Source: Phoronis australis (taxonomy: Eukaryota > Animalia > Phoronida). From it: a stretch of 64,000 bases of DNA. Positions 1 to 12,686 of the stretch are shown here, one piece after another. The stretch is from assembly GCA_002633005.1 (NCBI GenBank), contig NMRA01000927.1, forward strand, positions 5,921 to 69,920. The letters are read 5' to 3'. The position numbers were made by a program, and so were the translations under genes. How positions within the stretch are numbered: position 1 is the stretch's first letter; every line of letters begins with the position of its first letter. The notes under the pieces are model-generated. The model was not told the DNA's origin, searched no databases, and worked only from the letters and a program-made list of their open reading frames with translations.

Positions 1-162
1 GTTCGAGTACACTCGAAAACTGAGTACGTGCTCGAAATTTCGAGTACAGATTTTTCGAGTATGACATTGAATACACCAAAGCTGAGTCTGTACTCGAGTT
101 GAGTATGAAGTGTGAGTTTGAGCATGATTCGAGTCTGAGTACGGAGATTGGAGACCGGGCCC
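1..162. mobile_element. 3' end of a non-autonomous DNA transposon (Harbinger-like GGGCCC terminus, internal GAGTAC/GTACTC repeats)
   Basis: Ends ...GGAGATTGGAGACCGGGCCC at 162; 44-162 recurs inverted at 1837-1958; multiple CGAGTAC/GTACTCG motifs. Confidence 0.5.
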
Positions 163-771
163 AGGTCTAATTTTAGACCTAAGTTGCATTTCACAAACAT
201 GGTTTACTAAAAGTCTGGTAGCCTGGTTTTGTTAGACCATTAAGCGGGTTTAGTAAAACAAGGTTTAAAGTATCCAAGCCACCCTATTGTGTTCATCTGG
301 ATTAACTCAACAAAGAAACTATTGAAGTGCTTCAATGAAACCTTGATCATGTGGGTACAGAATGACACGTACACAACAGTAGAATCAGTGCAGACATTTG
401 CGAAAACGGGCTAAAAGCTTTTCTCACGAGGAAAAATGCTCTCTCCCTTAACTGATCAGAAAAAAAGCCAATGTGATAGTCGAGAACAAGAAAATTGGTG
501 CCAAATGAAGTCAGCGTAAGCAGCAGGCTTGGATAGGTATTGATCGATACAGAATAAAGGTCATAAAGATAATTCCATCAGTAAAAAATTGCAAAAAAAG
601 CGAGGGACCTATTGGCAGATCTAAGATATCGTGTATGTTTTTCATTTTGTATCGTCTGTGTCCAACACAACTATTTACATTAAAGTACTTGTTCACCATT
701 AAAAGCAGCATAGTGAATGCACACATTTATTTTCGTGTCATTTTACTTTTTTTTGCGGCCAAAGGAGGGTA

Positions 772-928
772 CAGGGGAGGATCCAGGATTTTGAGTTAGG
801 GGGGCTAGGGCATAATATTAGCCAGGATTTTACCCGTCAGACATTCGCACCCCCGAACTGCCAAATGGAATCTGGAAGAATTTTAGGATGGCCACGACCC
901 CCTTGGTCCCCCTCTAAATCCACCACTG
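772..928 (+). mobile_element. Short GC-rich hAT-like MITE, copy 1
   Basis: Starts CAGGGGAGGATCCAGGATTTTGAGTTAGGGGG, ends CTAAATCCACCACTG; inverted homologue at 1312-1614; no TSD seen. Confidence 0.55.
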
Positions 929-1311
929 GGGCAGGACCCCTGCCCAGCAACCTTATATCGGGGGCCAACTGAGATGGAACTCGGCCAGAATAATCATTAG
1001 ATGCCTTTTAGCAATACTCGTAGCGCTTGCGACGATGACGCTCTGCTAGAACCATCATATTCGGAGAAAATGCGAAGGACACCCTTCAGTACGTACTGGT
1101 CTGCGTATTTAAATTGTAGACACAGGCCCTCCTTTTAAAATTCCTTGATCCCCCCCTTAAAAGTTCTTGGTCCCCCCTGTTACGTTTGATCTTGTGGCGT
1201 CCTAAAACTGAATATTGAAAATAGTCCGTTCTCGCTCTAAAACTGTGTCGTAAATGCACACCACAGCATCATTCATTTGCACCTATATCGTGCAAGTCTG
1301 CCCCTTTTGAT

Positions 1312-1614
1312 CAGTGGCAGATTTAGGGGGGCAAGGGGGCCATGGGCCCCCCCTAAAATTCTCCCAGATACCATTTTGCAGTCCAGGGTGCGAATTGCTG
1401 ACCAGCGTATGTGCGCACTCGGGGGGCGAATGCACAATGCATAGTCCTTGAACAAAACAAACCCTGTTTACCGTTTTTTTTAGCAATAAGGTCCACAAAC
1501 CCAAAAATTCGAGACCCCTGCATCCCTACATTTTGGGCTGGAGGCGCGCATGTGGCGAAATTCTGGTTATTCCTGTGCCCTGCCCCCCAACTCAAAATCC
1601 TGGATCCACCCCTG
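1312..1614 (-). mobile_element. Short GC-rich hAT-like MITE, copy 2 (inverted relative to copy 1)
   Basis: CAGTGGCAGATTTAGGGGGG ... CCCCCCAACTCAAAATCCTGGATCCACCCCTG; both ends are reverse complements of the ends of 772-928. Confidence 0.55.
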
Positions 1615-2124
1615 TTAATATTATTAAACCTGGGTCTGACCAAGTCAAGTTAAACCTGGTTTAAGATCTTGATACAGGTCTAAAGAATATAGACCTTGTT
1701 GGTGAAACGAAAACTGACTTTGACCACGTCTAAACTGGAGTTAAACCAGGTTTTACTTGACCACTGGTCTAAAAGTTAAACAACCTTTCTGAAATGCAGA
1801 TTATCTTTAAACCTGGTCTAAGTCCACTTTAAACCAGGGCCCGGCGGTCTCCAATCTCCGTACTCAGACTCGAATCATGCTTAAACTCACACTTCATACT
1901 CAACTCGAGTACAGACTCAGCTTTGGTGTATTCAATGTCATACTCGAAAAATCTGTACAGCAGATTATCTTTAAACCTGGTCTAAGTCCTGTTTAAACCA
2001 GGTTTAACTTTAAACCACCTTTATGAAATCGGCTGCTTGTGGCTAGGATACAAAAGCACAGATTTTCAGTCGTCGCAAATGTGTCAGGTTTGATGGCGGA
2101 CCATAACTGTACAGTTAAGGAGAA

Positions 2125-2283
2125 CCAGCCTCCCGTTCAGTAACGGTAGGACCTCGCTAAAAAGCAAGACTTCGCGAGAATACGTGAGATTTTGCCATGT
2201 ATTTTGAATAAGAACACGTGACTTTGACTAGGTTTTAGCTAGGTCCTAGCGTAGGTCCTAGCGTCTACTGAACGCACGCCTGG
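2125..2283. mobile_element. Small palindromic MITE
   Basis: CCAGCCTCCCGTTCAGTA...TAGGACCT versus AGGTCCTA...TACTGAACGCACGCCTGG imperfect inverted ends. Confidence 0.4.
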
Positions 2284-2684
2284 TGTCTGGCATGCATTAA
2301 TCACATGTTGGCCTACATTTAAAGAAGGCCGATCAGTCTGATATACCTTCTGGTTGAATGTCGTGCTATGGTTCTTACAGCTTATTAGGTAGACTTGTCT
2401 ATTCTGGCTTTGCAAATGTTACATGACAATCCCATTGGTTTCATCACACTACACCTGTAATAGTATTTTAGTCCCACTCTCATGACCGCCCGATTACGGA
2501 AACACGTTATGCTCGTGCACTGTTTACAGGTAGTAAAGGCGCATCAATGAGTAATGCAAACCTCATCGTACTTATACTTTACAACTTTTTAAATGACAGA
2601 CCAGAGAACCGTTCCATATCTAAAATACAAAATTGATGAAAAACAGCAACATACGGTATCATAGCATACCCTTGAGTCGTTAAT

Positions 2685-2900
2685 TACCCTAAACTAACGC
2701 CCATGCTCAGTTCACCGCCCACCTTTTACTTTATGTGGATTTTCGATTTAACCTCCCACTGCTCAGTTAAGCGCCCCCTGAGATTTTCGAAGATTTCCAG
2801 TTAAGCGCCTACCTCTTGGTTAAGCGCCCATCCCCGACTTTTAAAGAATGAAGATTTAGCGCCCAATGCTAAGGAAACCCGCGATTCCCCGACTTTTAGA
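2685..2900. mobile_element. Terminal region of a pogo/Tc1-type element with TTAAGCGCCC subterminal repeats
   Basis: TACCCTAAACTAACGCCCATG start and repeated TTAAGCGCCC; same family as 33632-34345 and 34836-35052. Confidence 0.55.
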
Positions 2901-3149
2901 AAAAGATAGATGATCGCAATGAGCGCAACAACGCGAGACGGTGGTTTAGCAATGTGAGTTACAATACAAGTAACGACTTATTGTCTAGGGTCATGGACTC
3001 ACTTCAAAATATAATACTTGAACGTTTTTGTCACTTTATTTTTTCCCATGTTTGCAAAGTTTAAGAACGCCGCCGGCGTCAAAACCTCCGTTTTCAGCGA
3101 CTATCTGCCGCGCTGAGTTTACGTCTGAAGTGCACTAGGTAAAACATAT

Positions 3150-3830
3150 ATTCGAAAAATCAGGCCAGAGAAATGTGACCATGGTTTTGTCAACCCTCCA
3201 AATTCCATTAAGGTGGGAAGCTCTCGTATTTTGAACAAATCTCCCAACTCACGGAAAGATGTCAAATTCTCAATATTTTGATGAATGTAACTGCCGGCTT
3301 GTAGAGGATGTGTGGCTACCGAAGGGACAGTACAAGTGCCTTACTGAGTTACCGGTTTCGTTGCTGCCTACCGATATCTGAATTCAAAGGTTGGCAAAAA
3401 CGTATGCTTCTGTATGATCTTGGGGTAATGAAAAACTGCTAGTCAAATTTTTTTTTCGCATATTGCATCTCAGTCAAACTGGCGTTAGCAGATTTAACTA
3501 ATGTCGCTGGCTGTTCTTTACTATTTCTTGCATCAGCCCCCACGTAAGCGTGACTGTGTGAATTATCGTTTCCACATCCCCTTTTTAGACAATCAGAATA
3601 ATTTTGTTTATGCATTTCAACCAATCCTCGCTCTGCCAATTGCTAATCCATCATTGCTGTCAATCTTCAAAGATAAAACACTAATCAGTCAAAAAACTCA
3701 AACTCCTGTAGTGTCACAGAGTCGATAATATGGTTTATGCTCGGAATATGTCCCGAAAATAATAGGTGCGTCGCAAGCTCCGTTTCCAGAGATACAAAGG
3801 AGACCGTGTATAGGCGATATAAGGTCATTT
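3150..3830 (-). pseudogene. Decayed pogo/Tigger (DDE_1-type) transposase remnant
   Basis: Frameshifted minus-strand fragments appear in the expected order: KRSLRRT (end of CENP-B HTH), GNDNSHSHAYVGADARNSKEQPATL, SANASLTEM, LPQDHTEAY, VPSVATHPLQAG (cf. P..T..LQP.D); adjacent to the terminus at 2685. Confidence 0.45.
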
Positions 3831-4326
3831 ATTATGACTGATAAGGTACAGAAATATGAGTGTACAAATAACATAAAGATAAAATAATAATCTCTGGAAA
3901 GATGGACAATAAAAAGCGATCATTTCTCTACCCTTGGGGTGACGCCGTTGAACTAACCATTGGTTCTCAAATCTCCTTTGAAGATGAAGTCATGTTCTGT
4001 CTCACAGTCCGTGTTTGGTTCTGTGTCAGTTTTGCCTGAATATGTCCGTTATGTCTATTATGTTACTTCACTTTCGTGCGGTCCTTGGGATATTTCCCTT
4101 TTCATCTGACTATAGGAATCATGCCCAGGTATCCATGAGAGATATTCTTCGATGTGCCAAGCCTCCACACAATGAGATGCCGGCGGGTATCTCTACCTGT
4201 CTTCTGTTTGTCAGGTTGTCAACCTTCCTTTCTTAGCAGACAGTGTCTCCAGAAAGAAATTACCTTGATACGCCTGAATATCAATTAAATTGTATATACT
4301 CACCATATTTCATCGTACCAACCAGC

Positions 4327-5420
4327 TAGCTTTATGAAGACTATCATCAAAATACATAATTTCATCGGTGGCTAGCACTTGTGCTAATATTTTTCTTGTT
4401 TTATATTTTCCTTAGCCTTGGTACGTAGCTTTGTATACAGCTTTGCACCGATGTGGGTAAAAAAGTGGTAAGATAAAATCAAAATTAGCGTCATTAAAAA
4501 CTACAGTCTTCCATGAGTAAACAAAATCATTTAACGATGTTGGAAAAAATGGCGTTCTACCGTTATTCTGTTGCTAAAGTTGTGTAGCGATCTTTAGCGA
4601 CGGCTTTCGGCGCCATGAAATATTTTGCCACCTATTGGGGCCAGTTCCTTTTTTCGCCGATTCTTCAATCAACTGTTGTTCTTTCAAGATGTTGCATACA
4701 TGTCACAACAAATTATCGCCGTGAAACTCGTATCAACATGTAAAGCTAAAGACCCGGCGGACGGTGTGCATGCAAAATCTGGGAGTCAACCGACACTCAC
4801 CTTGCCCGTTACAGCCGTTTAAGTGAAAAACAATGCAATAAACGTCATTTTCTTGCGTAACTCTCTGCCTTTTCTAACAATGAAAAGTATGTCGTCGTTT
4901 TGAAAACAGTACGCTCGAGTCACGCGCACGCGCCATTTCCTAAATTTTTGCGACATCTCTCGGGAGATAATGATAGTTTGGAAGCAACAAAATTTCTTCT
5001 GAAATTCTATTTTTCGGTACCAAAATTCTAAAAACTTTTAATGAAGTGAAACCAGTTCTGATAATTTGTTGTGACGTGTACGCAACCTCGTGAAAGAACA
5101 ACAGTTGATTGAAGAATCGGCGAAAAAAGGAACTGGCCAATAGGTGACGCAAAATTTCATGGCGCCGAAAGCGGTCGCTAAAGATCGCTCCACAACTTTA
5201 GCAGCAGAATAACGGTAGAACGCCATTTTTGCCAATACCGTTAAATGATTTAAATTACTCAAGAAAGACTGTAGTTTTTAATGACGCTAATTTTGTGTCA
5301 GATTTTATCTTACCACTTTTTACCCGCATCGGTGCAAAGCTGTATATTTATATATATACAGCTTTGTACCAAGGCTAAGTGGTACCTAGCTGTATTTTGA
5401 CGACAGTCTTCATACAGCTA
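4327..5420. mobile_element. Long-TIR non-autonomous element with TAG...CTA ends (Academ-like), two nested TIR pairs
   Basis: About 300-bp arms 4413-4717 and 5060-5377 (TAGCCTTGGTAC...GTACCAAGGCTA); outer ~30-bp pair TAGCTTTATGAAGACTATCATCAAAATACA (4327) / TGTATTTTGACGACAGTCTTCATACAGCTA (ends 5420). Confidence 0.75.
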
Positions 5421-5549
5421 GTAGTCCAGTCATTCTACGGATAACCCGGAAAAAATTGCAACAGAAGGTTTTATTGCATAAATCGTATCCTTTCACACCC
5501 CTTAGTGGGAAAAAAAAGTCTACCGCCGGAGAGGCGGAAGTTGGTTTTT

Positions 5550-6180
5550 CAAGATTGCGGACAAAATGGCCGCCAGATTTTCTGATGCGCACTATAACTC
5601 AAGAGTGGAATGTGATAGAGTAAAAATTCAAAAAGGTTTTAAATTTTTACCTATGTTTTGTGGGTCAACAAATCCATTGGAAATGGTTTTACATGGCTGT
5701 GGTGACACCGTCCGCCATTTTCCAAGATGGCCGCCTAAGGTACTTGAGTCGCACAACTTCACACGAACAGATTAGTGTGTCGTCTTGCTTCAAACATCGC
5801 ATAATAGGTTTTCTGGGTCGACTAATCCATTGAGACTCATTGCAATTTGGCACTAATGATTACTTCCACCATTTCCAAGATGGCGGACAAAATGGCCGCC
5901 AGATTTGCAGATGATCATTATAACTCGAGTGTGGAATGCGATAGAGTAAAAATTCAAAAATTTTTACCTATCTTTTGTGGGTCAACAAATCCATTGGAAA
6001 ACTTTTGCATGGCCGTGGTGACACCATCAGCCATTTTCCAGGATGGCTTTCAAAACAACTTCGTACAAACAGATTAGTGTGTCGTCTTGCTTCAAGTATC
6101 ATAGGTTTTCTGGGTCGGCTAATCCATTTAGACTCATTGCATTTTGCTCTAATGATTACTTCCAACATTTTCTAAGATGG
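5550..6180. repeat. Two tandem ~300-325 bp subterminal units rich in AAAATGGCCGCC/CAAGATGGC motifs
   Basis: 5550-5874 and 5875-6180 align throughout (GTGGAATG.GATAGAGTAAAAATTCAAAAA, GTGGGTCAACAAATCCATTGGAAA, GATTAGTGTGTCGTCTTGCTTCAA). Confidence 0.85.
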
Positions 6181-6529
6181 CCACCAAATAGTTGCTTCGT
6201 GTAAGAACTTCAGATTCCAGAGACACGCCATATCCTGAGTTTTTTAAGTCAGCACATCCATTACAATAATTTTTGTCTGGCTCTTGATGATTACGACTAC
6301 CATTTTCAAGATGGTTCAACAAATAACTTATTTGGGTCAAAAACATCAGGTTTGCCTGAACTTAAGGATCATTCTCCTCCTGAAAAAATGTGCTGTATTG
6401 AAACTAACTCTCTGCAATTAATTCATTGATCTACTATCCACACTGTCTGTGTCACTTCCAGTTAGATGTAAATGCTAGTGAATCTGTACACAATCAACCA
6501 GTATTTACACAACTAATCTCTGTCAACTC

Positions 6530-9376
6530 AGAATGAATTGCTGCAGCTAAAACCACGACATTCTCCACATGTAACCGAGTACGGCTATTCTAACTTCCTG
6601 CAAGAATATCTCTTGGAACTGCAGTTGATCTTACCCGAGCATCTCACTACTTTCAGCAGGTTCTCTGGTGCTGCTGAATGGTCCGTCGTTATGGGAATGA
6701 ATTTTCTACCTGCCATCATCCATCCCCAATACAGCGAGTCTAGGTCACTGCCACGGAAACTTGACCGCTCTTGCTCTTGATAATAATCCTGGAAGCATGG
6801 AATTTAGCTACTGAAGAAAGTTGGTGATAATGACTGTATTTGAACTGTGGCTAGACTGACACCTCATCCACAAATTGCCTGTATCCGAAGTCATCAAAAT
6901 TTCCAGAGCCAGTACCGCCATGAAGCACAGATACAACTCTTACCAGCTTCAAATACGTCTTGATTCAGCTGCATGTGTCTAGTGAATACTCTTACCAGAG
7001 TTTTTTCAGAATTCTCGATCACGCAGTTTCTTGAATGGGAGAGCCTTTGCTAATACCGAACAGCTGTAATGTTTGTTGCAACCACCTATTGCATGCGCAA
7101 ATGGCAAAACTGCGCAAGTTTCGGCACCAAGAAAAAACTGTAGTTCCTTGATGTCCCAGACTCTCCTCTTGCTTTGGTGTCTTTTTTGAAGTAGCATGGT
7201 AACGTAAAAGAACCAACAAGTCTGCAATAAGGGTAGTTGGACCCTGTTCTGCGTTCTCTACTACTATTTCTACAATTAAAACATCTGCGTCACCTTGAGC
7301 TTGTACCACTGTACAACCAGCACTTCCTAGCAAACTTGACAAGAAGTGAGTGAATCGTTTGTTTTAGCTTTTTGCCAAAAATGTTCCTTTTTTACTTGAT
7401 CACCATGTCACCATTGAAGTGAACTTCAGTTCCAACCACCCCACCCAGTCTTCGAACATGGGGGAAATCTTTAGTTGATGGTCCGTCTCAGTAACCATCA
7501 AAAACAACAGTAGGCTGGGTGCACTTGCTGATGTAATCCACATAAGCTCTACCAAATGATTGAAACGTTGCACCTCTAGGCCATGGAATACGGTGAAGGA
7601 GAGAACCGCCGTCGATTACATGCATCACCGTGTTTTCTGGAAATTGAAATCCTCAGGTAGTCTGGATCAGAGTGCATCAGCTCATATTGATTTAATAGCG
7701 AATCTGGGAAGACCAGATGTATCAAAAAGAACAGGGGAACCAACACACAGCTCAAACTTCAAAAGGCTTGATGAACTTTCACTATTGTTTTTTGCAGCTG
7801 TCAGGATTTGCTGAAATAGCAGCCGTGGATCCACTTGTGTAAAATTACTATTAGCAACATGAACTGATTGACTTGTCATTGCCTCAACCTTGTCTTTCTT
7901 TCTGAATGTGAAGTCTTTCACACTTGACCCCTCCATAGACAAGTGAACCGCCTTCCCCACTTCTCTGGCATTTTCGACATTGACGCATGTGCCTGCAGTC
8001 ACAACAAAGGCGATGTTCTGTAATGTTTCTCTTTAAAATGGGTTGCTGTTGTGGAGGAATTCAACAATGCTGCAGATGTCTTTGTCGTCACGCGACTGTC
8101 ATGCCTGGGTACAAATTATGCTGCTGACTTGTTTCACAACTAAAGTTTGTCACAGTCTGCATGGCACCATTTATACTTGAGCATGCCGGCAAGGAAAGCA
8201 GCCACGGTGCACTCTTTGTATCTCCCATTTCGCAACGTCTAGTTAAACCTCCTATTGCCTTAATACTTTTCATGAGCGTTTGTTCAATTTCAAGATCATA
8301 TCTCATTATGACAAGCCTGCCCAGAATCTGTCACTTTGTCTTATGGTTTGTTGTCCGTAAACGTCTGGACGGGTGTCTTTGAGTTGCTACGCCTGCTTCA
8401 GTCATGTATATGTATGAAGATTTTGTGACGAGTTGTGACCAGCAGCTGCAACGTAAGGCAGAATTTCAGAAACTTCTTTTAGGTGAAGCTCCCAATCTGA
8501 CGTTATTTCTGCTTTTAAAAAAGTCGAAGGATGTCAATCATCATATACTGTAGTCAAAGACTAATGATTCGACTTTGCATGGACAAGTCTGATTTATGTG
8601 CTTTGATTTTTTATGGACACCCACAAGACACTCCGTCCAGCATGCATCGTCGCACACAGACGTCATGCCAGCAATAAGATCATCATACTGCTTCAGACCA
8701 GCTCTCAAATCATCATCATGAAGAATATCATTGGACATTGATTCTTCTGACGAACTATTCTCTGTCACTGTGAATTCTGAAGACCTATACTCTGATTCAG
8801 TCGTGTTTGAATATACTAGTGGCAGTAGGTCGGAAACCAGAAGTGAACTCTCGTGAGGGCATTCCACTGTAATCCAAGGTTCAGAATCGGAAGACACTGG
8901 CTGGATATGGCATGCCCCATAGTATACATCTAGTTATGTGATCAGTTGGGATGTCTGAGATGTCTTAAGAATCTGTCTCCATCTTCTGACAAGCCACAAT
9001 TTGTGTACAAGCATTGAACTGCTCCACCTCTTGGCATGTAATCTGTGTGTTCTGTGTTGGTGACATTCCGCCGGGACTCCTGGAATTTCTGAAGAACCTG
9101 AATTTCTTTCTTCATTGGTTTTGGATTGGCGTTACTTGATCTGTCAATATTTGGAAGTGGGATGTTGAATGTTCTGGCTTTTATGATAGCATTCAGCGCT
9201 ACCAACATATGCCCCCTCACTGCTCTATCCACACTTTTTCCATTTAACAGTAGGATCACACTGTTTGATGCATACACCGTCTCAAGAACTCCTTGAAGCC
9301 CTGTGCTTGACATTACATATCCAATACATTCCAGAAAGCTCATCTCCGAGTATGAAATCTTCCAAGCCTGGCTAAG
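6530..9376 (-). pseudogene. Academ transposase/XPG-nuclease/Cys-finger pseudogene, copy A
   Basis: Fragments MSFLECIGYVMSSTGLQGVLETVYASNSV...GKSVDRAVRGHMLV; DLEIEQTLMKSIKAIGGLTR; DPRLLFQ...FELC..P..FDTSGL; XPG/FEN-like GDADVLIV..DLLVLL and HAIGGC; C-terminal Cys-rich finger at ~6540-6680; many stops and frameshifts. Confidence 0.75.
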
Positions 9377-9377
9377 N

Positions 9378-9881
9378 TGAACTCTCGTGAGGTCATTCCA
9401 CTGTAATCCAAGGTTCAGAATCGGAAGACACTGGCTGGATATGGCATGCCCCATAGTATACATCTACTTATGTGATCAGTTGGGATGTCTGAGATGTCTG
9501 AAGAATCTGTCTCCATCTTCTGACAAGCCAAAATTTGTATACAAGCATTGAACTGCTCCACCTCTTGGCATGTAATCTGTGTGTTCTGTGTTGGTGACAT
9601 TCCGGACACTCCTGGAATTTCTGAAGAACCTGAATTTCTTTCTTCATTGGTTTTGGATTGGCGTTACGTGATCTGTCAATATTTGGAAGTGGGATGTTGA
9701 ATGTTCTGGCTTTTATGATAGCATTCAGTGCTACCAACATATGCCCCCTCACTGCTCTATCCACACTTTTTCCATTTAACAGTAGGATCACGCTGTTTGA
9801 TGCGTACACCGTCTCAAGAACTCCTTGAAGCCTGTGCTTGACATTACATATCCAATACATTCCAGAAAGCTCATCTCCGAG
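9378..9881 (-). repeat. Third partial copy of Academ internal segment (~8844-9350), bounded by single Ns
   Basis: Near-identical to 8844-9350 and ~12159-12660; flanked by N at 9377 and 9882. Confidence 0.85.
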
Positions 9882-9882
9882 N

Positions 9883-10255
9883 TTGTATAGCCTCAAACTC
9901 CATCCGCATACTGCATGTGTATATATGGTGGCAGCCACTACCTTCCGCAATGACGTTGTTAGCACAGCGTATTTGATAGCCCCATCCCGCACGATTAGTT
10001 TCACCATCGAAGGATCCGTCAGTTGCTACAATGATGGCATTAATACCGCCAAGACCACGCCATTGCTGACGGCACAATGCTTGGGCTACTCCAGGAGGCC
10101 ATTCCCGAGCTTCCCTGTTGAAAGCAATGATGACATTCGGTTCCTCACCAAGTTCTTGTACTGGCAGCCAAGCAGCAACTTGCGCGATCATGTGTTCGCC
10201 GATGAGACCCATGGTTGCGTTAACAGCAGCGACAGTCCACGAGCACCTGCTAAGT
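9883..10255 (-). mobile_element. 5'-truncated non-LTR retrotransposon fragment encoding RNase H
   Basis: Open frame with IVATDGS...AGWGY...SMRMEFEAI (RNase HI catalytic D and E motifs); joins Academ copy B at 10256 and is cut by N at 9882. Confidence 0.75.
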
Positions 10256-12686
10256 CATGAAGCACAGATACAACTCTTACCAGCTTCAAATACAGCTGCA
10301 TGTGTCTAGTGAATACTCTTACCAGGGTTTTCTCAGAATTCTCGATCACGCAGTTTCTTGAATGGGAGAGACTTTGCTAATACCGAACAGCTGTAATGTT
10401 GTGTTGCAACCACCTATTGCATGCGCAAATGGCAAAACTGCGCAAGTTTCGGCACCAAGAAAAAAACTGTAGTTCCTTGATGTCCCAGACTCTCCTCTTG
10501 CTTTGGTGTCTCTTGTGAAGTAGCATGGTAACGTAAAAGAACCAACAAGTCTGCAATAAGGGTAGTTGGACCCTGTTCTGCGTTCTCTACTACTATTTCT
10601 ACAATTAAAACATCTGCGTCACCTTGAGCTTGCACCACTGTACAACCAGCATTTCCTAGCAAACTTGACAAGAAGTGAATGAATCGTTTGTTTTTGCTTT
10701 TTGCCAAAAATGTTCCTTTTTTACTTGATCACCATGTCACCATTGAAGTGAACTTCAGTTCCAACCACCCCACTCAGTCTTCGAACATGGGGGACATCTT
10801 TAGTTGATGGTCCGTCTCAGTAACCATCAAAAACAACAGTAGGCTGGGTGCACTTGCTGATGTAATCCACATAAGCTCTACCAAATGACTGAAACGTTGC
10901 ACCTCTAGGCCATGGAATACGGTGAAGGAGAGAACCGCCGTCGATTACATGCATCACCGTGTTTTCTGAAAATTGAAATCCTCAGGTAGTCCTCCACTGG
11001 ATCAGAGTGCATCAGCTCATATTGATTTACTAGCGGATCTGGGAAGACCAGATGTATCAAAAAGAACAGGGGAACCAACACACAGCTCAAACTTCAAAAG
11101 GCTTGATGAACTTTCACTATTGTTTTTTGCAGCTGTCAGGATTTGCTGAAATAGCAGTCGTGGATCCACTTGTGTAAAATTACTATTAGCAACATGAACT
11201 GATTGACTTGTCATTGCCTCAACCTTGTCTTTCTTTCTGAATGTGAAGTCTTTCACACTTGACCCCTCCATAGACAAGTGAACCGCCTTCCCCACTTCTC
11301 TGGGATTTTCGACATTGATGCATGTGCCTGTAGTCACAACAAAGGCGATGTTCTGTAATGTTTCTCTTTAAAATGGGTTGCTGTTGTGGAGGAATTCAAC
11401 AATGCTGCAGATTTCTTTGTCGTCACGCGACTGACGTGCCTGGGTACAAATTATGCTGCTGACTTGTTTCACAACTAAAGTTTGTCACAGTCTGCATGGC
11501 ACCATTTATACTTGAGCATGCCGGCAAGGAAAGCAGCCACGATGCACTCTTTGTATCTCCCATTTCGCAACGTCTAGTTAAACCTCCTGTTGCCTTAATA
11601 CCTTTCATGAGCATTTGTTCAATTTCAAGATCATATCTCATTATGACAAGCCTGCCCAGAATCTGTCACTTTGTCTTATGGTTTGTTGTCCGTAAACGTC
11701 TGGACGGGTGTCTTTGAGTTGCTACGCCTGCTTCAGTCAAGTATATGTATGAAGATTTTGTGACAAGTTGTGACCAGCAGCTGCAACGTAAGGCAGAATT
11801 TCAGAAGCTCCCAATCTGACGTTATTTCTGCTTTTAAAAAGTCGAAGGATGTCAATCATCATATACTGTAGTCAAAGACTAATGATTCGACTTTGCATGG
11901 ACAAGTCTGATTTATGGGCTTTTATTTTTTATTGACACCCACAAGACACTCCGTCCAGCATACATCGTCGCACACAGACGTCATGCCGGCAATAAGATCA
12001 TCATACTGCTTCAGACCAGCTCTCAAATCATCATGAAGAATATCATTGGACATTGATTCTTCTGACGAACTATTCTCTGTCACTGTGAATTCTGAAGACC
12101 TATACTCTGATTCAGTCGTGTTTGAATATACCAGTGGCAGTAGGTCGGAAACCAGAAGTGAACTCTCGTGAGGTCATTCCACTGTAATCCAAGGTTCAGA
12201 ATCGGAAGACACTGGCTGGATATGGCATGCCCCATAGTATACATCTAGTTATGTGATCAGTTGGGATGTCTGAGATGTCTGAAGAATCTGTCTCCATCTT
12301 CTGACAAGCCAAAATTTGTATACAAGCATTGAACTGCTCCACCTCTTGGCATGTAATCTGTGTGTTCTGTGTTGGTGACATTCCGGACTCCTGGAATTTC
12401 TGAAGAACCTGAATTTCTTTCTTCATTGGTTTTGGATTGGCGTTACTTGATCTGTCAATATTTGGAAGTGGGATGTTGAATGCTCTGGCTTTTATGATAG
12501 CATTCAGTGCTACCAACATATGCCCCCTCACTGCTCTATCCACACTTTTTCCATTTAACAGTAGGATCACGCTGTTTGATGCATACACCGTCTCAAGAAC
12601 TCCTTGAAGCCTGTGCTTGACATTACATATCCAATACATTCCAGAAAGCTCATCTCCGAGTATGAAATCTTCCAAGCCTGGCTAAG
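10256..12686 (-). pseudogene. Academ pseudogene, copy B (near-identical to 6919-9376)
   Basis: Colinear with copy A apart from scattered SNPs and short indels; same ORF fragments (10414-10707, 11017-11337, 11423-11641, 12196-12675). Confidence 0.8.

Larger units (their letters stand above)
163..2035. mobile_element. Degenerate Harbinger-like MITE built of AAACCAGGTTT/GGTCTAA palindromic motifs, interrupted by other inserts
   Basis: Motif clusters at 163-270 and 1625-2035; ends TTTATGAAATCGGC, similar to Harbinger GCCGGTTTCATAAA-type TIRs. Confidence 0.4.

Noticed and set aside
4625-5262. Two ORFs sharing ASSFFRRFFNQLLFF on opposite strands
   Set aside because: By-product of the long TIRs, no coding signal
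5566-6077. Paralogous MAARF ORFs
   Set aside because: Translations of subterminal tandem units with ATGGC motifs
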